Assembly (NCBI GenBank): GCA_964016885.1
Contig: OZ024740.1
Span: 242,854,001-242,918,000 of the forward strand
Direction of reading: 5' to 3'
Source: Eledone cirrhosa
Lineage: Eukaryota
DNA length: 64,000 nt
The translations under genes and the position numbers were made by a program. Shown here piece by piece: positions 63,507 to 64,000 of the stretch; position 1 is the first letter of the stretch; each line of letters opens with the position of its first letter. The notes beneath the pieces are model-generated. The model saw nothing but the letters and a program-made list of their open reading frames with translations, was not told the origin of the DNA and did not search any database.

Positions 63507-63868
63507 GGACGGTGGATTGGTAGTATCAGTAGAGGGTCGGGTGCCATGCTTTGCAGCAAAGAGTTACGGCCCTTTATGGTCTGAGTTCAAATCCCGCCGA
63601 GGTTAACTTTGCCTTTCATTCTTACGAGGTCGATAAAATAAAGTACCAGTAATGCACTGGGATAATTGTCGGCCTTGTGCCAAAAGTAGAAATAATTATT
63701 TTCCCAGACCAGAGGATTGGCAGTATCGGTAGAGGGTCGGACGCCATGCTTTGCAGCATTGAGTTATGGCGTTTTATGTTCTGAGTTCAAATCCCACCGA
63801 GGTTAACTTTGCCTTTCATCCTTACGGGGTTGATAAAATAAAGTACCAGTAATGCACTGGGATAACTG
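63507..63868 (+). mobile_element. Two tandem family B SINEs
   Basis: First copy flanked by attattttcccagac (63490-504, 63695-709); second starts immediately after. Confidence 0.9.
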
Positions 63869-64000
63869 ATCGACTATTATTATGGCCATTTCAAATTTCA
63901 GATTAAATATGTATTCAATATTTTATGTATGAGAAATTGCATCTAAAATTCATGTTTTGGATAACTTTCTTACTTTTGATAAATCATTCATTCTCTTTCT

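Overview
AT-rich, repeat-dense eukaryotic DNA. The repeat mix ((ATC)n-tailed RTE LINEs, CORE-like tRNA SINEs, abundant (TA)n) suggests a mollusc, probably an octopus; this is inferred, not verified. No complete host gene is visible, only one or two weak minus-strand exon candidates. Contents: many decayed RTE-clade LINE copies (two near full-length BovB-like), several SINE families, a Buster-type hAT transposon nested in a piggyBac-type MITE, other MITEs and fold-backs, and Penelope-like (GIY-YIG), CRE-like, CR1/L2-like and Gypsy remnants. The main unannotated signal is RNA structure. The (TA)n-flanked segments carry six conventional minimal type I hammerhead motifs, some degenerate. They also carry three full copies and one partial copy of a 65-nt motif with all hammerhead core strands in a non-circularly permuted order (cleavage strand, GAAA strand, CUGAUGA strand). 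Compensatory base changes between copies support this motif, and it sits in tandem and inverted repeats that could let it assemble across units. All structures were read by eye and none was tested. Boundaries of decayed elements are approximate.
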